Assembly (NCBI GenBank): GCA_002269645.1
Contig: NIVC01000562.1
Coordinates: 124,001-188,000, forward strand
DNA: 64,000 bases
From: Macrostomum lignano
Taxonomy: Eukaryota
Reading direction: 5' to 3'
The position numbers and the translations under genes are program-made. Below, in pieces: positions 12,701-24,700 of the stretch (positions within the stretch are counted from its first letter, which is position 1; each line of letters opens with the position of its first letter). The notes beneath the pieces are model-generated. The model had not been told where the DNA came from, ran no database searches, and worked only from the letters and a program-made list of their open reading frames with translations.

Positions 12701-15700
12701 GGTGATGTAGTGAATTGGTGATGTAGTGAATTGGCGGTGTAGTGAATTGGTGATGTAGTGAATTGGTGATGTAGTGAATTGGCGGTGTAGTGAATTGGCG
12801 ATGTAGTGAATTGGCGGTGTAGTGAATTGGTGATGTAGTGAATTTTTGATGTAGTGAATTGGCGGTGTAGTGAATTGGTGATGTAGTGAATTGGCGGTGT
12901 AGTGAATTGGCGATGTAGTGAATTGGCGATGTAGTGAATTGGCGGTGTAGTGAATTTGCGGTGTAGTGAATTGGCGATGTAGGGAATTGGCGGTGTGGAG
13001 AAGTGGCACCGGTGAGAAAGGGCACCGGTGAGAAATGGCACCAGAGAGAGATGGCACCGGAGAGAAATGGCAACGGAGAGGATTGGCACCGGAGAGAAAG
13101 GGCACCAGAGAGAATTGGCACCGGAGAGAAATGGCACCAGGGAGAAATGGCACCGGTGAGAAAGGGCACCGGTGAGAAAGGGGACCAGAGAGAAAGGGGA
13201 CCAGAGAGAAATGGCACCAGAGAGAAAGGGCACCAGAGAGAAATGGCACCGGTGAGAAAGGGCACCAGAGAGAAATGGCACCAGAGAGAAAGGGCACCAG
13301 AGAGAAATGGCACCGGTGAGAAAGGGCACCAGAGAGAAATGGCACCAGAGAGAAAGGGCACCAGAGAGAAATGGCACCGGTGAGAAAGGGCGTCGGACTG
13401 ATAGGACGCCAGGGGTAAAGTTCTCTTCAAGGAAAGGGCAGCAAGACCTTGCAGAATTTCAGCAATCAGCAAGCTTAAATAAAGCGACTTGCGATTTGAT
13501 TCCAATAGCTTATGGCTAATTGTATGTTGTTGGGCGGGGCTGCTGGCCCAGCTTGATTGCTGTGTCAGTGGAATTAGACCAACCGTTGCCAATAAACTCA
13601 ACTGAAGTAGAAGAGCTAAGAAATTGTGCATTTGTGAGTGTATCGTTCTGCTGTTTTTTGCCTCTGTTGGACCCAGTTCTGCTTAATAGTTAATCAAAAA
13701 TACCTATTTTTGGCTCAGGATGTATATATTTAATGGCTTCGGCAATAAGTAGCATAAAAATGTTGTTCACTTGAGTCGCATCTAACTACTGCAAGTAGCC
13801 TAAACTGAGCGTGTGTGTTTTTCTTGTACTTTTCCATTTCCCAGCGAGATGCGGCTGTACCTGTTGGAACGGGATCGCTACCTGCGCAACGATCAGCTGG
13901 CCTGCCTGGAGTCGCTAACCCTGGCCCAAGTTGGCCAGTTTCACAAGCGGCTGCTATCAAAGCTATCTATTAAAGTCTACGTGCATGGCAACCATGGACC
14001 CGAGGTGGGTTAATGAATAAATGCTTGTGATAGATTTGTCAAGCCATGTGTTTTTTGGTACATACTGGCAAATACAGGTGTTTTTGTCCTATCCACATCA
14101 GGCGTATTTACTAACCACATCAGGTATATTCAGTCAGCCATAACGGGTATATTTAATCAGCTAAAACGGCAATATTAATTATTAATTAGCCACATCAGGT
14201 ATATTAATCGGCCACATCAGGTATATTAATCAGCCACATCAGGTATATTAATCAGCCACATCAGGTATATTAATCAGCCACATCAGGTATATTAATCAGC
14301 CACATCAGGTATATTAATTAGCCAAATCAGGTATATTAATCAGCCACATCAGGTATATTAATCAGCCACATCAGGTATATTAATCAGCCACAATGGTATA
14401 TTAATCAGCCACATCAGGTATATTAATCAGCCACAATGGTATATTAATCAGCCACATCAGGTATATTAATCAGCCACAATGCCATGGTATATTAATCAGC
14501 CACATCAGGTATATTAATCAGCCACAATGGTATATTAATCAGCCACAATGGTATATTAATCAGCCACAATGGTATATTAATCAGCCACAATGGTATATTA
14601 ATCAGCCACATCAGGTATATTAATCAGCCACAATGGTATATTAATCAGCCACATCAGGTATATTAATCAGCCACAATGGTATACTAATCAGCCACAATGG
14701 TATATTAATCAGCCACATCAGGTATATTAATCAGCCACAATGGTATATTAATCAGCCACAATGGTATATTAATCAGCCACAATGGTATATTAATCAGCCA
14801 CATCAGGTATATTCAACCAGCCACATCAGGTATATTAATCAGCCACAATGGTATATTAATCAGCCACATCAGGTATATTAATCAGCCACAATGGTATATT
14901 AATCAGCCACAATGGTATATTAATCAGCCACAATGGTATATTAATCAGCCACATCAGGTATATTAATCAGCCACAATGGTATATTAATCAGCCACAATGG
15001 TATATTAATCAGCCACAATGGTATATTAATCAGCCACAATGGTATATTAATCAGCCACAATGGTATATTAATCAGCCACATCAGGTATATTAATCAGCCA
15101 CAATGGTATATTAATCAGCCACAATGGTATATTAATCAGCCACAATGGTATATTAATCAGCCACATCAGGTATATTCAACCAGCCACATCAATTATACTG
15201 AATTGGCCACAAGTAAATTTAATTAGCACAGCACGTATGCATAATTAGTTAGCCACAACAGGTATATATAATGAGCACACCATTTTTATTGAATTAGCCA
15301 CTCCATAGCTCAATATGCACTGGATTATTTGTTTGATTTTCCCACTCTGTGTGTTATGATCGGCTTAGAAGAGCTTTCCTTATAATTATTTCCCTGCTGA
15401 CAGGACGCAAAGAACTACTTTCGTTATATTGTGTCCGTCCTGGATCCCGGCTGCGAAGTTGCCAACTGCCAGGTGAGAGAGTACAGTTACTACTTGGTAA
15501 TTTATTTTTGAAGAAAAGTGTCAATATTGATTTTCTATCAGCTGTCATCAGTTAGGCATTTAAAAACAATAACAAAATACACCTCGCTCCGGTCACGAGT
15601 GGCCACAGAGGGGGGGAGGTATCAGAGCGCACGCCTTTGTGGCCGCACTCCTGAAAAAGTAGCATATTTAAAAAAGAAATCAAAAGAACATACCGCATAC

Positions 15701-18700
15701 CTACATGAAAATATTATGCTAATTATGCTATGTCATAAGTTTTGCAGTACTGTCGCTAATCAAATTGAGTAGCAAATTTCATGCAGAGATTTTAATACAC
15801 TTTTCGTCTATTCTACTGCAAGTAGGATTTCAGAGTGTGACTTAAAAATTATTCTCTCAGCCAAACAAATCTACAAAGCTCTGTGTGATGCGGTACAGTA
15901 CATATATACATAATATTAGAATACATATGCGATCTTCATATAGAGGCATGGCGTGCAAAATTTGCTTAAAGTATTCGTAACAAGATTATTAAATGAGGGC
16001 TCAAAAGTCAGCAGAATGGGCAGAATTGCCGTCAGCGCTGGTGTGTGGGATGATGTCGCCGAAGGCGTTGCGTCAGGGTGCCCGCAGCCCTTTCAGGTAA
16101 AAAATGTCTTAGCAATTTCTAATCAATAGTCAGCCCTAACGTAACTCTGTTTCTGGCTGCATGGGTACTGGGATGATTTGACCATAGACAATCGACTCGG
16201 ACAATCAAACTGAGATCGGCACCATAGATCTCGGCCTCGGCTTGATTGTCTATAGTCTATGGCCAAGCCACCCAGACAACAGATACTTAGCCCTGAATTG
16301 CATACGAAGCATACAATTTGCTTGAATAACAAATCTCATTTTGAGTGTCAGTACGCTCGTAAAAGTTTCAATGATCAACGAATGCCATCTTCAAAGTAGC
16401 CGATGCGCTAGGCCAGCGTTCCGCGCTCCCTGTACCAGCTGACCAGCACAGCCGCGGCCACAATGCAGCTGGGCAGGCAGACCAGTAGGCTAACAGCAGC
16501 TGAGCCAACTAGCATAGCAACGCATTGCCTGTGCGAGCCGACCTGGGCTAGGAAACTGGCCAATACGAATGCCAGGCCGGTGGCCAGCACCAGGCTGTGC
16601 GCTGCGCACGCGCCCAGCTGTAGACGGGCATTGAGAAACAGTCGGCCGCTTAGGCAGCTCAGGGCCACGCTTAGTCCGGCGGTCAGGGCGCTGCTTGCGC
16701 ACGTAGCGAAACCCAGGCCTGCGTGTGGGAGGGATGGAATGGGGAAATTTAGGCCTATCTCTGGTTGTAGGCTGCTTGTGGGCACCCTAGCGCAATGCCT
16801 TCGGCGACACTGTCCCACAACCAGCGCTGAGGTAATTCTGCCCATCCCACTTACAATGACTCTTGAGCACATAAAAGCCCCCCCCCATAGTGGTTAGGGG
16901 TTGTAGCCTAGTGGTTAGAGCGTCGGACTCACGACTTGAAGGTCGGTGGTTCGATTCCCGATCCCACTGGAACAATTTGTGCCCTTGAGCAAGACACTTA
17001 GCTCTCCATTGCATCAGTTCATTCAGCTGTAAAATAATTTCCAGCATTAGCTGGGGTAATTGAGGGTGTGTGGCGACCCCCCAGTCCTTGGACTGAACAG
17101 CCGTACGCAGCCTTCAGATGCGCCGCGCAATAGCTGCGGCTGAGCTGTGGTTGCACATCTGGCCCAATCGAGGAAGAAGGTGTAATCAAAAAAGGCGCGC
17201 CAATACTGTACGCCGACACGCACTCATACACACGCTCACAGGCTGTACAGAGGCCCTGATTTTCTAAACGTCAGGCATGTACGCTCTCTGTGCCTTTGGG
17301 GGGTTGGCCTTCATGGTTGTAAATAGGACGACAACCCCAAAACTTCGTGCACAGAAGCCCCAAATGAATGTTTGCGCACGGAATCGAACCAGGGGTCCTA
17401 GCGCGTGAGTCGATCGCGTTTTTACCGCTGAGCTGCCTTCTAGATACTATGGATTAATATTTGATGGATGGGATCTGGGATCGAAAAAAATTGAAGAATT
17501 GAAGAAATTAGGATTCGGATTAGATATCATATTCTGAACTATACATAGGCATATGAAATTGAGATATTTAGATGCTGGTGACGGTATCTGATATACGAGC
17601 GTATGCTTTGTATTATTGTCATATTGTTATAGAAATTCGGTTTAAAAATAAATCATAATTAATTTCTGCAACTGCTTTTCTTCCGGTCACTGTCGGTGCA
17701 ACATGTGGATTATCTAAATCCTACGGAGGGTGGCAAGTCAGGACGGTGCCGTCTCACCTGAGCATTCTAACATTCTCCTTTAAGATTGACATTAACGGTT
17801 GTTATTCGCGCAGCTAAACTCCTGGGATTCGAGCCCGGGTCCTCTAATACCGCTCTGGCGCTCTAACAAATTAGCCCTTCGACGCCAATTTGAAATTGCA
17901 TTTCCGTGTTTAAGTTGGCTTTGTGGTAGGGGGTAAATTTTTCCTTACATTTTGGTGACTTGCTTCTGTCTGTCGCTTCAACAGGCGGCAGTCGGCATGG
18001 AAAAGGGAGGGGCGGGTGGAGGCAGCAACCCGAAGGTTTGACACTTTTTGTGAACTCTTTTATAAACTTTTATAAACATCTTGGTTGTTAGGCCCGTCTG
18101 CACTTTAAGTCCAGTCCGTCAGTTGTTAGGAGGGAACACGACTTTTTCTTAAAATGTAGCTTGGAATATTTTCCTACTGCAAAAGCATAGAGAAGCACCG
18201 CGGCTGCAGCACAGGGGCATAATGGGATTCTTAGGCAGTGCGGAAAGTTGCGGGGGGCGAAAACTATTGAGAGCGAGTGGCTTCGCATAATGGAATTTGA
18301 GGAAACTATAATATAGAAAAATAATACTGGCCTCGTGCGGCTTCTAAAGTTATTAGGACCTATTTTTAATTCTACTCCGCATAATTATTCAGTCTATTAG
18401 TTATAATAAAAGTCTGAAAGTATGAATAAAGCTTTGTCCCCCCCCTCCCGGGGTGTGTTAACTCAGGCCCGCGATGGACAGTTAATGGGATTTTTCTCAA
18501 ACCCTTCCGATCCAACGCTTGAATGCTTACAGTCGCAGCGTTGCCGAATTCTAATTCGCTTACGCTACGCTCGATTGCGCGCTATGCAATTCCTCTTTCC
18601 TAGACTCCCGCGCCAGCCCCTGGCAAGGCCACGCAGCCTCATTTTGGCACTATCAGACCTGGCCGTGATTTCCAACTCAACTCCGGCTCAGCTTCTGTAC

Positions 18701-21700
18701 TCCTTCAGCTGTTATTCATTTCATAAGCCTAGCTATTTGGCTACCGAAAAAGTGCTTGCAAAAGGTTTTGCGCTTAGCCGTCAGAGTAAAAAATCCTGAA
18801 CTTTTCAGTCAGGTCACCGATACTCTCCAGATCATTCACTGGGTCACTGATACTCACCAAATGCTTTACTGGGTCACTGATACTCCCCAGATCCTTCATT
18901 GGGTCACTGATACTCTCCAGATCATTTACTGGGTCACTGATACTGTCCAGATTATTCACTGGGTCACTGATACTGTCCAGATCATTTACTGGGTCACTGA
19001 TACTGTCCAGATTATTCACTGGGTCACTGATACTGTCCAGATCATTCACTGGGTCACTGATACTGTCCAGATTATTCACTGGGTCACTGATACTGTCCAG
19101 ATCATTGACTGGGTCACTGATACTGTCCAGATTATTCACTGGGTCACTGATACTGTCCAGATCAGTCACTGGGTCACTGATACTCCCCAGATCCTTCATT
19201 GGGTCACTGATACTGTCCGGATCATTCACTGGGTCACTGATACTCTCCAGATCATTTACTGGGTCACTGATACTGTCCGGATCATTCACTGGGTCTCTGA
19301 TACTCTACAGATCATTCACTGGGTCACTGATACTCACCAGATGCTTTACTGGGTCACTGATACTCCCCAGATCCTTCATTGGGTCACTGATACTGTCCGG
19401 ATCATTCACTGGGTCTCTGATACTCTCCAGATCATTCACTGGGTCACTGATCCTCTCCAGATCATTTACTGGGTCACTGATACTGTCCGGATCAGTCACT
19501 GGGTCACTGATACTGTCCAGATCAGTCACTGGGTCACTGATACTCTCAAAATCATTTAATGGGTCACTGATACTGTCTGGATCATTCACTGGGTCCTGAT
19601 ACTGTCCAGATCAGTCACTGGGTCACTGATACTGTCCGGATCAGTCACTGGGTCACTGATACTCTCCAAATCATTTAATGGGTCACTGATACTGTCTGGA
19701 TCATTTACTGGGTCACTGATACTGACCAGATCAGTCACTGGGTCACTGATACTCCCCAGATCCTTCATCGGGTCACTAATACTATCCGGATCATTCACTG
19801 GGTCACTGCTACTGTCCAGATCAGTCACTGGGTCACTGATACTCCCCAGATCCTTCATCGGGTCACTAATACTATCCGGATCATTCACTGGGTCACTGCT
19901 ACTCCCCAAATCCTTCATTAGGTCACTAATACTATCCGGATCATTCACTGGGTCACTGATACTCCCCAGATCTTTCAGTGTGTCACAACTATTTCCTATT
20001 CAAAACGAACGACATCAGACCGATTAGTTAACAAAAGTAAAGACGCCTACAGATTAAGAGTGCATTGCTCTCATCAGCCGTTGGTCAGACAAAGCAAGTT
20101 TTGTATGCTGCCTGGATGCTGTCCGTTGCCTCACGGCTGACCGGCTGTGAATGCTAGGCTAGGCTACTCAATTTAGTATATTAGCCAATTTACTCGAACC
20201 GGACATGCTCGGCCTGCTCTGCTTCCCCTGCCATCTCTCATATAAGAAAGCATTGCTTGACGAAGTGTGCGCTCGTAGGGGCTATTTATCTTACTAACTG
20301 CAACTGCTGTCTGGCTCTCCTTTGTAGCTTTCGTTTCTATCTTTACGGATTCCTATAGGATGCTTGCTGCTTGCATAGAGACAAACCGAGACCAGATTCT
20401 CAATTCTCAATCGATTCTAACTAATAGGTGGTGTGGGGGCTGCTGCGCAATATTGTGCTAAAGTAGAGAGTAGAGTTTTTTAGACTTCAAAGGCGGTGGT
20501 TCTAGTTGAAATGATTAGCGAGTCTCAATTGCTGAAATCTAGTTAATCGGTTCGATTACTTACCGTGGGGTTTCCCAGTCCTCATCTAATGCAAATATAC
20601 TTTCTAGTGCGTATAAGTTGGTTGGATCTAGCTCGTACAGTATTAATTATGAATATTAAATCAACGTCGGATCGGGGAATGGAGCAGAATTCTTAAGTAT
20701 TTCCCATTCTTTATTTCCTTTCTACAGTGTAATGCGATTTGGGCCCACATTAGCAGTGTGGTCGCTACTAGTTGCTACCAACCAACCATTTTTTTTCATA
20801 GCGCTTGGGATTCGTTTTAACTCTTGATGTAAATTTTGGGCAGGCGAGTATAGCTTGGCATATACTACTATATATTATCGAATGATATTTGCGTGTCTCC
20901 TTGAACATAGCTACGAGTATAAATAAGTAGTATCAATATTCGTTTTCTCACGAATAAAATATCCGAAAATTGTAGCCAAATATGAGCACCGCTAATGGCT
21001 AATGGCTTGCTGGGGACAAAAAGATTGAAGGCTGTATTAGATATTTTGCTATAGAATGCGAAATATGCTTGATGGATGCTTGCTTGTCAACAAATTTGGT
21101 TAACCAGTGCTCCATTTTAATGAGCTCAAGGTCTTCTGTTGGACTTCATTTAATGGCTACGAAGGAAGGCATTTGGCTATGAGGGAAGACATTTGGCTAC
21201 AGAGCAAGGCATTTTGCTACAGAGGAAGGCATTTTGCTACGAAGGAAGACATATGGCTATGAAGGAAGACATTTGGCTATGATGGAAGACATTTGGCTAT
21301 GAAGGAAGACATTTGGCTATGAAGGAAGACATTTGGCTATGAGGGAAGGCATTTGGCTATAATGGAAGACATTTGGCTATAATGGAAGACATTTGGCTAT
21401 GAGGGAAGGCATTTGGCTATGATGGAAGACATTTGGCTATGAAAGAAGACATTTGGCTATGAAGGAAGACATTTGGCTATGAGGGAAGGCATTTGGCTAT
21501 AATGGAAGACATTTGGCTATAATGGAAGACATTTGGCTATGAGGGAAGGCATTTGGCTATGATGGAAGACATTTGGCTATGAAGGAAGACATTTGGCTAT
21601 GAGGGAAGGCATTTGGCTATAATGGAAGACATTTGGCTATGAAGGAAAGCATTTGGCTATAAAGGAAGACATTTGGCTATGAAGGAAAGCATTTGGCTAC

Positions 21701-24700
21701 GAAGGAAGACACCTGGCCTTGAATGAAGTAGTTTTAAAGGTTCTCGAATGTCCCTTAAACCTGGTCCATCTTAGTAATTTTGTAGGACGAAAAATTAAGG
21801 GCATTTTGTAGAATTGTTTCTTAAAACAGATTTTTCTATTAAATCGTACAAGAATGTGTTCTCAATTCGAAGCAATCGCTGTCCTTCACTCACCCGTGAC
21901 GCTGGTGCATGAATTGGCAGCGAAAACCGCATCGGCCGTGGCAGCCATGGCGCCGTGCATCAGCACGCCAATAGCGCTGCCTATCAGCTTCCGCTTGTCC
22001 GATAGCACTTTCTCCTCGCGTCCGTCGCCTCCTACTGTGCTCATGTTGGTCTGCATCTTTCTTGTTGGGGGTACAAACGGCATGACTGTTTGCTGTTGCA
22101 CTGTTTGTGCTGTGTCGTTTTGATTATGAAAGATTTTTTCGGTTGAAATTAACTACAACGCTGTATAATGGTTACTGCAGTATCCATGTATATTCAGACT
22201 AACTCACTAGCTAGCTATCTAGCGAGTTAGCAAGGAGTTCTATTGGCTAACGGATCTGTTGTCCAATTGTGCAGAGTTATCCTCGGTCTGGACTCTGGAT
22301 TGTCAGGAACTCCTATGCGGAGAGTTAAACTATCGTTGAAAAATGAGCTTTTTTAAAATTCTAGGAGAAGAAGCTGAGAGAAGATTGAAATTAGGCATCT
22401 CTTCTCTTTTTGCGCTATTTCCAGATTGATGAGTCCACTAGCTATCACTTTTGCTGGATTGCCAAATTTTATTTCTCTCTCCGTGATTGATTAGCTACGT
22501 AAATATGCGCCCAGAACCAAGGAACTCCTAATATAAAATCTGGAGTAGCGGATTCTATCTTGAGTCTCATTTCTTTGCAATAAACGGTTGCTAGTTGTTT
22601 TATACTATTTAATAGCTCGTAAAAAGCAGTAAATTTGCTACGAAGGAAGACATTTGGCTATGGAGAGAGACATCGGCTATAAAGGAATAGTTTTGGCTAT
22701 GATGGAAGACATTTGGCTATAATGGAAGACATATGGCTATGAAAGAAGACATATGGCTATGAAAGAAGACATTTGGCTATGAAGGAAGACATTTGGCTAT
22801 GATGGAAGACATTTGGCTATGATGGAAGACATTTGGCTATGATGGAAGACATTTGGCTATAATGGAAGACATATGGCTATGAAAGAAGACATATGGCTAT
22901 GAAAGAAGACATTTGGCTATGAAGGAAGACATTTGGCTATGATGGAAGACATTTGGCTATGATGGAAGACATTTGGCTATAATGGAAGACATATGGCTAT
23001 GAAAGAAGACATATGGCTATGAAAGAAGACATTTGGCTATGAAGGAAGACATTTGGTTATGATGGAAGACATTTGGCTATGATGGAAGACATTTGGCTAT
23101 AATGGAAGACATATGGCTATGAAAGAAGACATATGGCTATGAAAGAAGACATGGCTATGAAAGAAGACATTTGGCTATGAAGGAAGACATTTGGCTATGA
23201 TGGAAGACATTTGGCTATGAAAGAAGACATTTGGCTATGAAGGAAGACATTTGGCTATGATGGAAGACATATGGCTATGAAGAGAGACATCGGCTATGAA
23301 GGAATACTTTTGGCTATGATGGAAGACATTTGGCTATGGGGGAAGACATTTGGCTATAATGGAAGACATTTGGCTATGAAGGAAGACTTTTGGAAGTTTT
23401 TTGCTAAATAAAAAGTGGTTTTCAACGCCAGATTTCTAGACAGAGATCTCCATGAACCACTCCTTTTTGATTAACAGCTATCAATACCTATCGTGTACTC
23501 CATGATATCCCCGCCTTTCCCGCAGAACACGTGCGCCACTCTGCCGCCGGGCCGCTGCGGCGTCTGCGTTGAGAATCTCAAATCTGGCGACGTGAATAGC
23601 GCATTGTTGGAGTATTTTCAGTTCGAATTCCCGCCAACTCTACGCGACTACGTGATCTCGAATCTGCTGCTGGTTTGTGCAATAGCCTTTACGTTTCTTA
23701 ATTGCTTTTAAGTTTACTTTTTATGGGAACTTGGATGGCAGGTGTTTTAGTTTTTAGGTCTCCCTATAGAACCCCACAGATACCTCATTAGAGTACACCC
23801 AGAGATACCTAACTAGAGTACCTTCAACTGTACCTCACTAGAGTACCCCCAGAGATACCTAACTAGAGTACCTTTAACTGTACCTCACTAGAGTACCCCC
23901 AGAGATACCTAACTAGAGTACCTTCAACTGTACCTCACTAGAGTACCCCCAGAGATCCCTCCCCCAGAGATACCTTACTAAAGGACCCCCAGAGATACCT
24001 AACTAGATTACCTTCAGCGGTACCTCACTAGAGTACCCCCAGCGACACCTCACTTCAGTACTTCCGAAAAAGTCTAAATGTACTTTAATTTCCTCCTTTT
24101 AGTCAAATGTACAATTTCCCTGCTGATTGCTCCGCCGCTTAACACATTATACATATTACCCTCGAGTTCGGTCGGGATCCGGATTTAATCATCTTAATCA
24201 GTCAGTATCAGTCAGCTGACTCCCTCTCAATTCCATTCCGTATCCGTATTAAGATTAAGAACCTTTTTATATCCCTTTTTTGTTACTGCTGCGATTCAGT
24301 GGAAGATCCTATTACTAGCCCCGGTTTCAGGTTTCATTCTGTCGCAAATTATGCACGAATCGCCGGCAATGATATGCCATGCTAGCCTAGCTTGTGTGCT
24401 TTCAATCTATCCCGGAACTGTCGCACTGCTAGTGTGCATAGTACTGTGACTGTACATGTATTTGTAAAAGGATTTACCGAAAAGTTATTCATAGAATATG
24501 CCATATTCTAAGAAACCCCACCGCCAGCGCTGCAAGTTAAGCAGAGCAGACCGGAGGGTGGCAAATTAATAAAGGTTGGCTGCCACACCTGCCACATTTC
24601 TTCTATTAATTTCTATATTAGAAAAGCATTAGTTAAAGCAACATTACAGGTTTAGATTCTCTAGCCATTACAAATTTCAAGTACTAGGCAAGGAAAAACT

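Noticed and set aside
11038-13631. 779-aa and 630-aa minus-strand ORFs
   Set aside because: Stop-free by-product of the 16-bp repeats.
14095-15190. CAG|GTATAT units as a second donor array
   Set aside because: The +4 to +6 match is poor and the unit has no similarity to the upstream exon end; not supportable.
16463-16897. 144-aa plus-strand GC-rich ORF as a nardilysin exon
   Set aside because: It is the antisense shadow of the nested gene's exon 2. Nardilysin exons 15404-15472 and 23526-23672 join in phase without it.
18756-19948. Decapeptide-repeat ORFs on both strands (WVTDTVQIIH, DPVNDLDSIS)
   Set aside because: The 30-bp period makes several frames open; no splice signals or unique domains tie them to a gene, and they lie in introns of two genes.
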